64,000 nucleotides of DNA, from contig CM120643.1 in NCBI GenBank assembly GCA_051362555.1, forward strand, positions 17,488,848 to 17,552,847, read 5' to 3'. This document shows, in pieces, positions 11,701 to 23,900 of this stretch (its first letter is position 1; each line of letters starts with the position of its first letter). The position numbers were made by a program, and so were the translations under genes. The stretch comes from Lingula anatina (Eukaryota; Animalia; Brachiopoda). The notes below the pieces were generated by a model. The model worked only from the letters and a program-made list of their open reading frames with translations. It had not been told where the DNA came from and made no database searches.

Positions 11701-12241
11701 TGTTACGGGTCAGAGTACCCAATGCCAGCAAAAATCAATGACAAAAGATTTAAAGAAGTTTTAATATTTTATTAAAACTAAATAAACTAATGACAATAAC
11801 AATAAGCTATTCTTAATACACAAATAGACCTATCTGAAAGCATGAAGTGTCCTGTGTGAAAGTCCGATGTGAATCCGTCGACTGGAGATTGAATGGAGAT
11901 AAATCGGCTCAAAGTTCAGTGAAAGTGTCCGATGAAATCCCACAGTAATTACGATGCAAGTTCCAGTAGAAAATATGAGTGTCGGTTCAGTGGTAAATAG
12001 GTTCCAAAAAAAATATTCTCCTTCAAAAGTCCCAAAACAAAAAACAGTCTCCTATCCGTTCATACTCCAGCGTCTGTCTAAACTAACGCTCTCGAGATAC
12101 TCATGCTCTCGCGATATGGTGACGTCATAAGCTGACCTACTTATATACAACAATACAAGTATGCAGGCACGTACGGTAATTACTCATAAAAATTAAACAA
12201 CAAATAAGCTTTACTAAAATAATAAACACAATAACGTCACA
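11701..12241 (-). mobile_element. 5' LTR (541 bp) of the Gypsy element
   Basis: On the minus strand it begins TGTGACG and ends CGTAACA, followed by the PBS and gag. It interrupts the upstream protease-region ORF. Confidence 0.8.
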
Positions 12242-12900
12242 ATGTACACTCCCAGCTGACTCTGGGTTCTGATCATCAAAACTGGAACTCTCATTAGAGT
12301 TCTTACTGAAGTCTTTCTGAGACGAAGTGCTTTTCTGCACATGGTCCTCCTCATCTTGGGCCTTTTTGGCCATAGCTCGAGTCACAGCACATGAAGGGAA
12401 AATGTCAGAATCAAGAGGAAGTTCCTCAGTACTCGGCTTCACAGTCAATAAAACAGAGGGGACAACTATTCCACCAGCTAAGTCATTTCCTAGCAGTATA
12501 GAAACACCCTTGACTCCCTGCATATGCGAAGACTCCCCTTAATAGGAAGACTTCATCTTAGACCAACTCTAATTTGCCCTGAAACAAGATCTGATGTCAA
12601 AAACACAGAGTGCAGAGGTACAGAAACAATTCTCCATTCAATACCCGAATGATATTTAAGTCACCAGTGGCACTCTTATCACAGAAAGGCAATGTACTCT
12701 CTAACAGAAGTGACTGAGAAGCCCCAGTATCACGGAAAATACGAATGGGAATGGGAGAAGAAGTCTCACTTAGAGACACAAATCCCTCTGACACAAAAGG
12801 AAGAAATTCCTCTTATCCATCAGACAATGAAGCCTCTTTGGCTGACAAAGGACAAGTAAGTCCACTTGACTTGGGCAAGTTGCCTTGGCAATGGATATTT
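12242..12900 (-). pseudogene. Second Gypsy fragment: aspartic protease region
   Basis: EEFLPFVSEGFVSL..PIPIRIFRDTGASQSLLLE (DTG catalytic motif) and GVSILLGNDLAGG...FPSCAVTRAMAKK, with frameshifts. Confidence 0.85.
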
Positions 12901-13902
12901 CTGAACGCGACCTGACTAAAGCAGTAGGCAAGGCTTCTTTTTACTTCTTTTTCTTTGGGGTTTCCTCCCTTAACATTATTTCATTCTCCCATGCTTCAAG
13001 CTATTTTTCTCTCTCCTCCAACTTTCTTTTGTTGTGTTTGAACTTTTCAACATTTCTTTCATAGGACTCCTTCATATTCTCAAGTTCTCTTTCCCGTTTT
13101 TACAAGTTAGCTTCTAGCTCTTTCAGTTTCTCTAGTTTAGAGCTCGATGAAATTATTTAAAAACTCAATTTCCTATAAAAAAAAAGTCAATTTCCTGCTT
13201 GAAAACAGGTGATTTTACAATGTACACAATCCTTTCTTGTGCCCCTTTCTTGGTTTCTTACAAGTTGTACACTTGGGTGCATTACGCGAGGATTGGGAGA
13301 ATTCACCAGACTTGTATGTGTCCCTTTCCACTTTGCTGCAGCTTGTCTTTTTTGCCCACATCTGTTCTCTTTATCAGCAGTATCCTCTCATTTTGAACAA
13401 GTACTGATCCAAATTCTGTCAAGTTTCACAAAGCAATTTTCGGTCAATTTATTGAATTCAATCCCTGCACTATGAAAAAGTTTTGCGTGCTAGTGCCCTG
13501 TTTGGCAGGTAATGGAATGTGAATAATAATGTTTTTGCATATCCATTCATGCAGCTCAAAACCTAATTCTCTCAGGTCTCGAGCCACCTGCTTCCTCCAG
13601 TTATTATTTTTTTCTGCCCTTGGCTAACTCCAGCTGTACCTTAAGGATAGCCTTTGCTTCCTCAAGCATGTCACAGGGGCACATGGCTAGTCTTTCTGCT
13701 CACTTTTTAGCAGAGGCAAGTCCTGTGTGTTATGCAATCTTCCATGTAATTTTTCAAACAATTCATCCAAGAACTGGTCATTAGCCATTTTTTTGTGTGA
13801 AATGATGCAAGACCACCCTTTAATAGCCTGTGCTGCTCTAAATATAGAAACTAAGCCAAAAGTGAACAGTTGTCATTTTCTCCTTCAGGGCAGAAACCAC
13901 GG

Positions 13903-13983
13903 CTCCCCACGCGTCATCCCTTGACCGGTTGAATTGAGCCGAGATTTAATGACTGTACCCCCGCAGGGACGACGCGTGGGGAG
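13903..13983. repeat. GC-rich inverted repeat (19-bp arms, 1 mismatch, 43-nt spacer)
   Basis: ctccccacgcgtcatccct (13903-13921) pairs with agggacgacgcgtggggag (13965-13983). Confidence 0.8.
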
Positions 13984-16900
13984 GCATGTTAGAGGCAGAG
14001 AGACCGTTAAAGGATTAGGCAGTTTTCCTTTCATGTACATCTGCCATATTTAGGTCTCTGCCTTGCTGAGCCTCAGCTCTTCCCAATGTGAATGCGGTCA
14101 TAGATTTTATTTCAATGAATTCCGTAAACTTATAAAATGATGTAAACTCATGAAAGCTTGTGTAAACTGGAAAAAACTGGAGAAAAAACTGGTTTAAAGA
14201 ATATGGTCCGGGGAAACGTGATGCTAAAACTGAATAAAATGTACCATAACAGGGCGGGAGTTCAGATATATAGGGCAAGTCATGTGACACGTGTGAACAC
14301 ATCTTCCTGTACACATTACTCTGACCAGGGATTTACGGTCTTGCTCTGACCTACATGTAGCACGTGTTGCAGTTCCATAAGCATTAAAGAACAGTTAAGT
14401 GAAATGTTAAGGATGAACAAAACTACATGCAATGATGATGATGATGAAATGAACAATTTGATTGATGCTAGTTGACTTTTTTTTCTGTTTACTGTCAATC
14501 ATCTGGTGAAAAACCAAGAGAGAGAATCAATGAGGGCAAACCCCTGGTAGAGCAATCACCATTGAAATAAGCAGTACATAGGTTTACTGCTATTAAAAAA
14601 GATACCTGTTACTGCTTTCTACAATGTTCTACTATGTATGTATGTAATCAAGACAGATAAGATGTTCCTAAAATAATTTTAGAGAACTGTCAGCTTAGAA
14701 GTGGCACAAACAGATAAATTGTTTTAATTTATCGCATTCAATATTCTGCCATTATTTCTGCCCCTCTCTCCTCCAAATCCTACATGATATTATAAAAAAT
14801 TGCAATACGAGACAGTCATCTTTGAAGATTCCCATTTCCAAACCTCATAGTGACAAGGCAGTCATGTGATCAGGACCATTTGAAGCAAGGGTTGTAATGT
14901 TGTACCTCCGGTAGAAGCATAATTATGTTGTCACTTTAGAAATGATAATACTTTTATCAGCCTGTATTATATTCTTCAGTTCATTCATCAGTCTTTACCC
15001 TGATGATGAAATGTTGTAGACTCTTTGTGGCTTCTTTAAGAGCAACTAAATGTAGTAACAATGTACATTGTGAGATCAGGAATGAACAAAATATTTAATA
15101 AAATATCTGAATATTGCAGATTTTGTCGTTTTTCATTTTTTAATACAGTGGAAACAGACTCAATGAGAGAGTACCAAAGGTGCTTTTTTTCCAGTTTTTA
15201 TCAGTTCAAAATGAAGGAAAGTGAAAGAAAAAGTCAATACATTTTGGTTTTATATTTTATTAAACTAAGACTACCTGCTCACCAAATACAAAAGCATTTC
15301 ACATCTTACTTTTAAGGCCTAGTTTACTTTAAATACAAACACACTCTAGAAGCCCTTCTGAGGCCCTTTGCTGGGAGAGCTCCCTCCACAGAGGACTCCT
15401 TTCTCTACTTCAGGCAGATAATCACAAAATTGTCAGTTTTCAACCAAACTCAGCAATGCACCAGCTACCTTTGATGTTTACCAAAGAAGATGATCCTTTT
15501 CATGGAAGACTCTAGACCTGAACAATGGCAATCCTTTTGTTAGGAAAAAATGTTATGTAAAATGCTGTGGCCCTTCTCAAAGCACTTGCCTTTTTGTATC
15601 TTAACTGATATCTAGCTACCTAGGGTTCCTTAAAGTCTAGACAAAAACTGCTGAAACCGTGTTGCCATTTTAAATATCCAAGCAAGCAGCTCCAAAATGT
15701 TTTAGCATGTATGTAGTCACTATGGTAACAATTCGTCCTAGCAACTGGTATTCAAATATCACCCTTACAGGGGAGTACAGAAAGCACAAAATGGAGCAAA
15801 AGGAACACATCTTTGCATATGAGCATTAAGTTAAGATTTACAGTACTACTGTATGTACACAATACGTTACAACAAGTTTGGGTTACAATAAGCTACCGGT
15901 GCTCACATTGCACTTATGGTACAACTAAAAACACTTACACGCCTCAAAAGCTGTAGAAAAATGTTATGTACAAATGTATTTGACGTCATTTATGATGTGT
16001 CTATCTATAGCATGTGTCTGTACATCTAATGCTACACAAGGGCATTTTTGAATAACTTTCATAATGTTTAGCAATTGTGACTTGTGGCCTTTGTGTTAAA
16101 TAATATAAAATGTCGTTTCTAAGTTCTTTTACACATTAGTATTATTATTATTCAGTAACACCTTTGAACTACAAGACTTAAACACATGAAAAATTTGACA
16201 TGAGTAACAAGCTTATAATGTGACTGGGTGTTTTTTTCTATTTGGCTTACAGTTTGTTGAGGGATATTGAACTACAGGAAAGAGAAACAGAAAAAAAAAG
16301 GTCTATTTTGGCCAAAATGTTTTACATGCTTACTCTTTCCTAAAAATATAAAGACAAGACTGAAATTTGCAATGGTTTCACATACATATGTAAATGTTAG
16401 GCAACAGAAGTGATAGGAACAAACCCAATTTTTTAAATATAAGCATTATCTTTAACTTAAATTAGTTAATCCAGGAGAACATTAAGGCATACAAAACCTG
16501 CGATGTGATGCAAAACATTACTACAATCAAAGACACACCAATAACAAAAAACTAGTAAAATGTTTTAACAACTATCTTCCATAACCTGCGATATTCATCC
16601 ATACTGGGGTTCCAAGATGCTCAGAATTCTGTGATTTTACCGTGCAAACCTAACATATTTTTAAACTATATTTTAACTGATAAATTTTTGTTCTAAGAAA
16701 AAAGGAATTACAAAAATAAATAATAGCAATGATAAAATCCTGACAAAAACGAGCATTCTGACAACAGAATGTGGCTGTGGCAAAACAAATTTCTGATGTA
16801 GGAATTTTTACAATAACTGACCCCCTCTATCTGTTATATATATTTTTTGTTTTGTTTTTTGTTTGTTTCTGCATAAAATTCGACACACTTGCTATACAGT

Positions 16901-17946
16901 TTTATACAACATAGTATAACATTCTTCATTGTACCAGGCACAAACTTTCTTTTTTCACAAAAATGTCATTTCCACTTCTTTCCTGACAAACTTTTTTCAG
17001 AATAAAGAACATCTCAGAATACCCCAACGTGAACTATTCGACAGATCATGAACAATGGGTCAGGCAATATACATAATAAAAGCCGTAAATATTCAATAAA
17101 TTTCAGTTATTTCCTGAGCACTTATGATTACTATATAACAGCAGATCGATAATAAAAGCAGGTCTGCCATTTCTAAACCACTGTTAATGGAAGTTGAATG
17201 GACATTGCTGAAGCAACAGTCTATACGTAGTTAAAACTTCTCTTAGGCAAACAGAAGGTAGGCTGTGGCAAGGGACCTATTGGCTACATAATGGGAAAAT
17301 CAACAAGGTTCACTTTACAATTTTTGACAGCCCAGACTTAGACAAGTGAGTCATTTTTATTTTCTTCCGATGATCATAATTTTATCTTTGTGAAATACAC
17401 AGTACACAAATAAAGCACAGACATTTATCACTGTTTATAAATCAAAGGAAGAAGTGCCCACAGCCTTGTCTCTCACAGAGCAATGTATATGAACATGGCA
17501 TATATACACATACATTAACATATGTAGCAAATATACACCGGTCTTATACAATCACATCAACTATAAATCCAATATCTCTTCATTTTCAATTAATCTTATA
17601 CTGTGGAGAAAATAACAGGATTTTAATAATGACAATGACTTTAAAGTATCTCTAAATGGCAGTCAGCTGTACCAAATCAGGTTATATGGTCCATAAAAGA
17701 CCTCATAATCGGATATTTTGTTGAAGATGACCACCAGATGACAACACAATAGATTATAACTATGACCTACAGTGTCACTGAGAAAATTTCCGTGGCAAAG
17801 AAATGAAATTCACATGTTCTTGTCAGTGACCTTCAAATGATCTTGAATGAGCATGACCTTCAAACGGCCTTGAAAATAATGGCTAATCATTCCGTGCCAC
17901 AGCCTTTCCTCTGCACCTTACTTATCTCCTCTAGAGAATACAAAGT

Positions 17947-17992
17947 TTAGAAGATAGACTTCTTCTTGTGGTCTTTTTTCTTGTCTATGGTT
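17947..17992 (-). CDS. SEPTIN7: Septin-7 last coding exon
   Basis: (E)[14 protein letters not shown], a basic tail like that of SEPT7; cctttcag acceptor. Confidence 0.9.
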
Positions 17993-20900
17993 CTGAAAGG
18001 AAAATTAAACAAGGACTTTACTTCTGATGAAATAATATTTTGTTCTGTACATCAATGAAACAAAATGTGATACTTTCACTCCATGCACAAAGTTGAAAAT
18101 TCCCTGCTGTTTTTCATGATTAAGGACATATAATCATGAAAAACAGCAGGGAATTTTCAAATATTAATAACCTTTTTTTTCACAATTACGACACTGAAAA
18201 AAAAAAAAAAAAAAAAGCTGGCAACACTGTATTTGTTAAAACAAAAACATCCAGATAAACTTCAAAAAAATAATGTGCATGAATATCATCTATCACATTA
18301 TATTCACTGATGAAGTTTTTTTCTGTTAAGGGTGTTAACCAAACTTCAGTGAAGTCTATTTTCAAACAACATGCACACACAAAACTAGGTTGTTACAGGA
18401 ATTTCTATGTGGAATGCCTATAAATGACTAAGATGCTATATTATACAATATCAGGCAATGCAAAGCACAGTGAAATTACAAGAGAAACGCCAAGATTGAT
18501 ATGAAGAGTACATACAAATCAGGCAGCACAGTTGTACTCTGATTAATTTTAGCCAGTTATGTGCTGTATATATTACAAAGTCACTTGTGAATTGATTATG
18601 GTGTCTGGTATTGCAGTTAAAAGGTGCTTAAATTTTATTTTTTTTAAAGATTCTTCTTATTATTTTATCGTTATGATTTTTTTGTTTTTGTTTTAATCTA
18701 AGCACAGATTAGCATAGAGACACAGCTTAGCATAAAGACAAGTGCAGAGCTTATCTTATGAGCAAACCAATGTGTCCACTCAATCCCAAATCAAATAATA
18801 AGGCATTCATGAATTGATTATTAAAAATGGGCATCCTGACTTATTTAATGCAAAACAAAACAAAACAAAACAAAACAACAACTACACCAAATAAGGTTTG
18901 CTACATAAAGTCTGCAGGTATCTATGGCAGAAAACAGTGACACGCAACCAAATAGTTTCTTCTACTGAGTAACTAAAACTACCAAGGAACTACCTCTACA
19001 AACACTACTGCGAATACTACTACTACTACTACAAGGCATTATTGTGCAAAATGTGCATGCGTAAATACTACAAAAAGTGACAGTGCTAAATCTACACATA
19101 CAGGCAATTGGCTTTAACAGCTAAATACATGCAAATGAAGAAAAATCACCCCAAAGACTACAAATATATTGTTTTAATGTCTATGGCATACATCATTAGT
19201 AATTATCAATTTTTACAAATATATTAACAGTTAACAAAAAAGTATTATAATTTATCTTTTTCAAAAACAATGTTAATACTGAAGAAATGCACATTTGTAA
19301 TTAAATAACAGGTAATATGACAGAATTACCAACTGAGATCAATTCTTTGGTAAAAAGCTATGCTTAAAGCATTCTAAAAGCAAAACCTCAAGGTCAATTT
19401 TGAATCATGTTGCACTGATGCAAGCGATACCGTTTTAATTTCACTTCTCACAATAATATACTATAGCCACTTCTCAAACATAGCATGGATCAATCTTATG
19501 GCGGCTCACATTTGGGGCAACTTTGGGACTACACTACTTACTCCTTAGAATTCTCGAGTGATCTTCGCCTTGCTTCTTCTTGTCTTATCACTTCCTCCCA
19601 TTCGCCTTTTTCTTTTTCAAACTGTTTTCTTCTTTCCTCTATCTCTTTCTCCTGCTGTTCCAGACTTTTCTTCATTTGTTCAGCTCTCCTTTGCAGCTAA
19701 AACCAACAAGGGAAAACATTGATGCAATTTTAACAGTAATGTGGACAGGTCTCATATTTTCCACAAGTTTTCATTGATAATTTTCTCGTATATTTCTTGC
19801 TGAGACAAAAAGAGTGACCCACATGCACACTGTCTTACATCTATCAATCCCTTGAAAAGGATGGTGTCTAAAAACTACAGAAACAAAACTAAATTATGCT
19901 GAAAATCCTAATCAGTTAGATTGATTTATCACTGATAAATAAGATTCACTGAGCCCGGACAACATGTCTATAAATTATCAACCAAGCTTCAATGAGGGTG
20001 CCTAAAAGTACAAGCAAATGATTACTGTGCTTAAAATTTATCAATCATGATAATATAATGCTAAGGTGACAGTAAATTTCCTCACGTCCGCCTCTGAATC
20101 CTTCAGCTTCTGTTTCTTTTCTTTAACCTTCATCTCAAACACCTGCTCCATCTCGGCCTCCATCTTCTTCATCTTCGTCTCGTGTTCTTTCTTCTCTTCC
20201 TCCATCTGTGTGATTGGGTCTCTGAGAACAAAAGAAAAAGTTCCTATAAGTGTATCATTACACCTTGACAGTAACACCCAACAAATGCCTCCTTGATGCC
20301 AGAAGAAATTGTAAGGAAAAACTTGTTAGAAAAAAAAAGGCAAGCAAACAAGAGTTAATGCAAAATTGATAAGACTTTTATGGAAAAACACACTCCTGTA
20401 AGTATATTTTTAGAAACCAATTAAAATATTTTTTGAACAATGAACTGATTCAAACAGCAAGCACATGCCTTTGACTATCAAGCCTGTCTATAAAGTACAT
20501 TGTATGCATGAACAATATAATAAAAGATAAACAGGGCAGTTGACAAGCAACCAAACAGTATGCAAATCACAAGTGATGACAGACTGGGACTATTACACAA
20601 ATGGACACATTGTGAAATTGAGAATTATTTTTCAAATCAATAAGCAGATGGAAAAAAAAAGCTTGCCATTAAAATTCAAAGCAAGAAACTAATTTCATTT
20701 TCTTTATGTCAGTAAGGTCAATTAAAGACCTTCAAAAATGTCAACTGAATATCTTTTATAATCTAAAAACTTGGGGCGAAAAGGCTCAAGCACTGATGCA
20801 TAAAACTAAGTGAATTTCGGAAAATTGCAGCTTACACCAATATAAATTGGTGTAAATATCGAATGTATCAGAAAACCAATGCCTGTCAAAACTAGTGAAA

Positions 20901-23900
20901 TGCTATGCATTTTAGGCTTCAGTAAGTTGGAACCAGTACATTGGGCTGACAAGTATATAATTTCATAAATGGGCATGAGTACATATCAATTTGTTATGAA
21001 TATGAAGGTACAACTGACAGAACAAAAGAAAGGATCAGCAACCAACTAAAATCAGAATCATCCATAATAGAAACTATTATTAAAGAAGGTATAACATGTT
21101 TTTAAAATATAATAATACACCCCCTCTCCTTAGTACTCAGACTGATTTATCTTAAGGGCATTGGGCCTGTGCCAGTTACAGTTTAAAACCAGTCTGAATG
21201 TAACTTAAATATTAAATAATATATACATGCATAACAAGCATTTTCTACTCATTAAAAAAAGAAATGGTAACTTGCTACACATATACAAAATAACGATAAT
21301 AATGAAAAGAAAATGGGCAGCAAAGGTTGTCAAATGTACAGACCTGAATTTGTATTAGAAGTAAAACATAAAGTCAAAGATTCAAGCAAACTTTAAATGA
21401 AACAGAGTATTAGGGTGCATTCACATTAAATATAACGCACTAGCTACTACGTACTCCACAGGGACTCTCGCTAAATGCAATCAGATTAACATGCCTCCTT
21501 CCGGCATTGAATAGAATACAGAAAAGTTGGTGATTATACAAGTACTATGGAAATGAGGAGGCTTGTCAATCTGATAGCACTCTGTACATAAGAGTCCTTG
21601 TGTAGTTAGTGAGCAGAAGCTAGTCCAATAGATTTATTGTGAGTGCACGCTTAGTTCTTCAGTTATGTATTATTGCAAGGCCCCAATGTGGACAGTCCCA
21701 GAATATGGATAAACATACAGACAGTGTTCTGTTCATTAAACATAAAACCCAGTTAAATTCATAACTTATTAAACTACATGTATATAGACACCTTTGCATC
21801 ATATATGACATAAAAAATTAAAATATAAATATATATCAATATATACATATAAGTATAAACCATAACATGCATATTTTAAGAACCCCCTGCCCTTTGGATA
21901 AGGAACCAAATACATGAAGTTCTATCACCATGTCAGTTACTGCAATCATCTAATTAGTTGCAGCATGGTAATTTGCAGTGCATCTTGCCAAAATCACAGA
22001 AAACTCCCCAAAATTTGAAGGGGTCACAATAATTTCCCATATCTTGAAGCAACAGTCTTTCTGAATTTCATATTCCAGAAAAAGCAACTAAATCAGAAGA
22101 GCCTTTTTTAAGCAGTTTTGATAAGTTTTTGTAACAATTTATTTTCTCCAAATGTATGTCAGTAAAACCAGAACCAAGCAAGTGGAATGAATTTTGGCAA
22201 GCATCGCAAGCTATAGACAAGCACAGGCGTTGAGCACAGCTACACAGTCATAAGAACAGATATACAGTACATATATTATCTATATATACAAATAATTGTT
22301 AGAAAAATGCCGTACACGTCCCACTTGGTCCCCTCCTCGGCACCTTCACCATTCTGGGCTTCACCTCCTTCCCTACAATATAACAGTTACATTACAACTC
22401 TCTAGTTTCTCTTTTATTCCCCTCAGAATTTGACCTTAAGTAGGTCTTTCACCACATACCCTTTTTGTTTTTCTCTGTTTACAAAGAGTTGCTATCTTTC
22501 CACCCTGTTGAGTGTAATGACAGTTGAAGCTTGTTTATTCACAAACTTCAACCTGCCCAGGTTCAGGATGAGATGACATCACTTTACAATCTAACATTAC
22601 ATTATGTAGTAACCCCATGACTGATAAATAAATTGATGAGTTGTAAGTCAAAAAACAGGACAACTATAAGCAACCTTCACCAATTTTTTAAATTTACATT
22701 TGTTAGTCTACTGAATTTTCAGCTGCGAACAGAAAGTTTCAAAGTAAGCTCCTGTTTAGCTAACACTATCAAATCCCTGGTTAATGAAAAAAATTGGTAC
22801 TCTAGCAATGTCATCTAAGCCTAAACTGCAAAATATTCGAAATTTGTGGCAGACAACACATTCTGATGAAAGGAAAAAGTTGAAGCTTCCAAACAAGCAC
22901 ATAATGTTGAAATAATTATCTAAATTTTTGTCTCTTCAGACAAAAATCCCTCTAAAGACAGACAAGTTCAAACACGTCTTCTAGAGATCAGAAGTTGGAT
23001 ATAGATACCCTCTACGTTTATACATCAGAGAAAAAGTATTGCATCTCACATCTCTGGTTACAAAATGCCTTCATTGTGTTAAGACAACTATAAAATAAAA
23101 AAAGCATAGGGCACTTCATACAAGGCAAATCTTGGGGCAAATCTGATTTAATCAAAATTAAGAATCTTTTCTTGTGCAAGTTACATTTTCTGATAAATGA
23201 CTAGTTGACTTTATGAAACCAGAATACATTTTTACTTCCATCTGTTGCAGTAGTTTCAATTGAACCAGATTTCATTTGCCTAGAATGAATACTCCCATGC
23301 CAAATTGGTAAATTCTATTATCCCTCAAAACCAATAAATGTTTACTTAGTTAAAAACCTTATATGTAGGAAAGGTAACAACACTAATATTTAAGAAGTTG
23401 GTTAAGACTGGAGAAGTCAGGAAAGGTATGAAAAGTTAAAATGAGCAATGTTTATTGAACACCCAAAAGGGCATCAGGTGTGATTTTTGCTCTTTAAAAA
23501 CTGGTTATGAAATGTTCATAAGGACGAATATAAGCAGAAGAGAGGATAATGGTGAGCTCCACATTCACAAATTTTGGGTGTCAACATTACTGACAAATAT
23601 TAGGAGATAATGGTGAGTGCAGGAAATAGTGTACTTATATTTTCACTACAATTCTAATCATACCATGGCAATTACATGTAAGGGAAACTAAGCCAGTTTA
23701 CATATTTCCCTCTATGTATCCCATTAAGAAGTTTATCACCATTAATATTCAACAGGAGGAAGGGTAATTGGGTTCTTCATTATAATATTCCCATAACTCT
23801 ACAGGATAACGTTGAAGTTTATATGCCATATTTATGAAGGGAAAAGAAAACTGAGTAATACTTTTCGCCTGAATCTTCATCTTCAGCTGTTTCTAAGTTT

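Noticed and set aside
13501-13513. ttggcaggt as the missing second hAT terminus
   Set aside because: Only a 9-nt match. There is no copy of the expected 8-bp TSD (atctattg) and no subterminal repeats.
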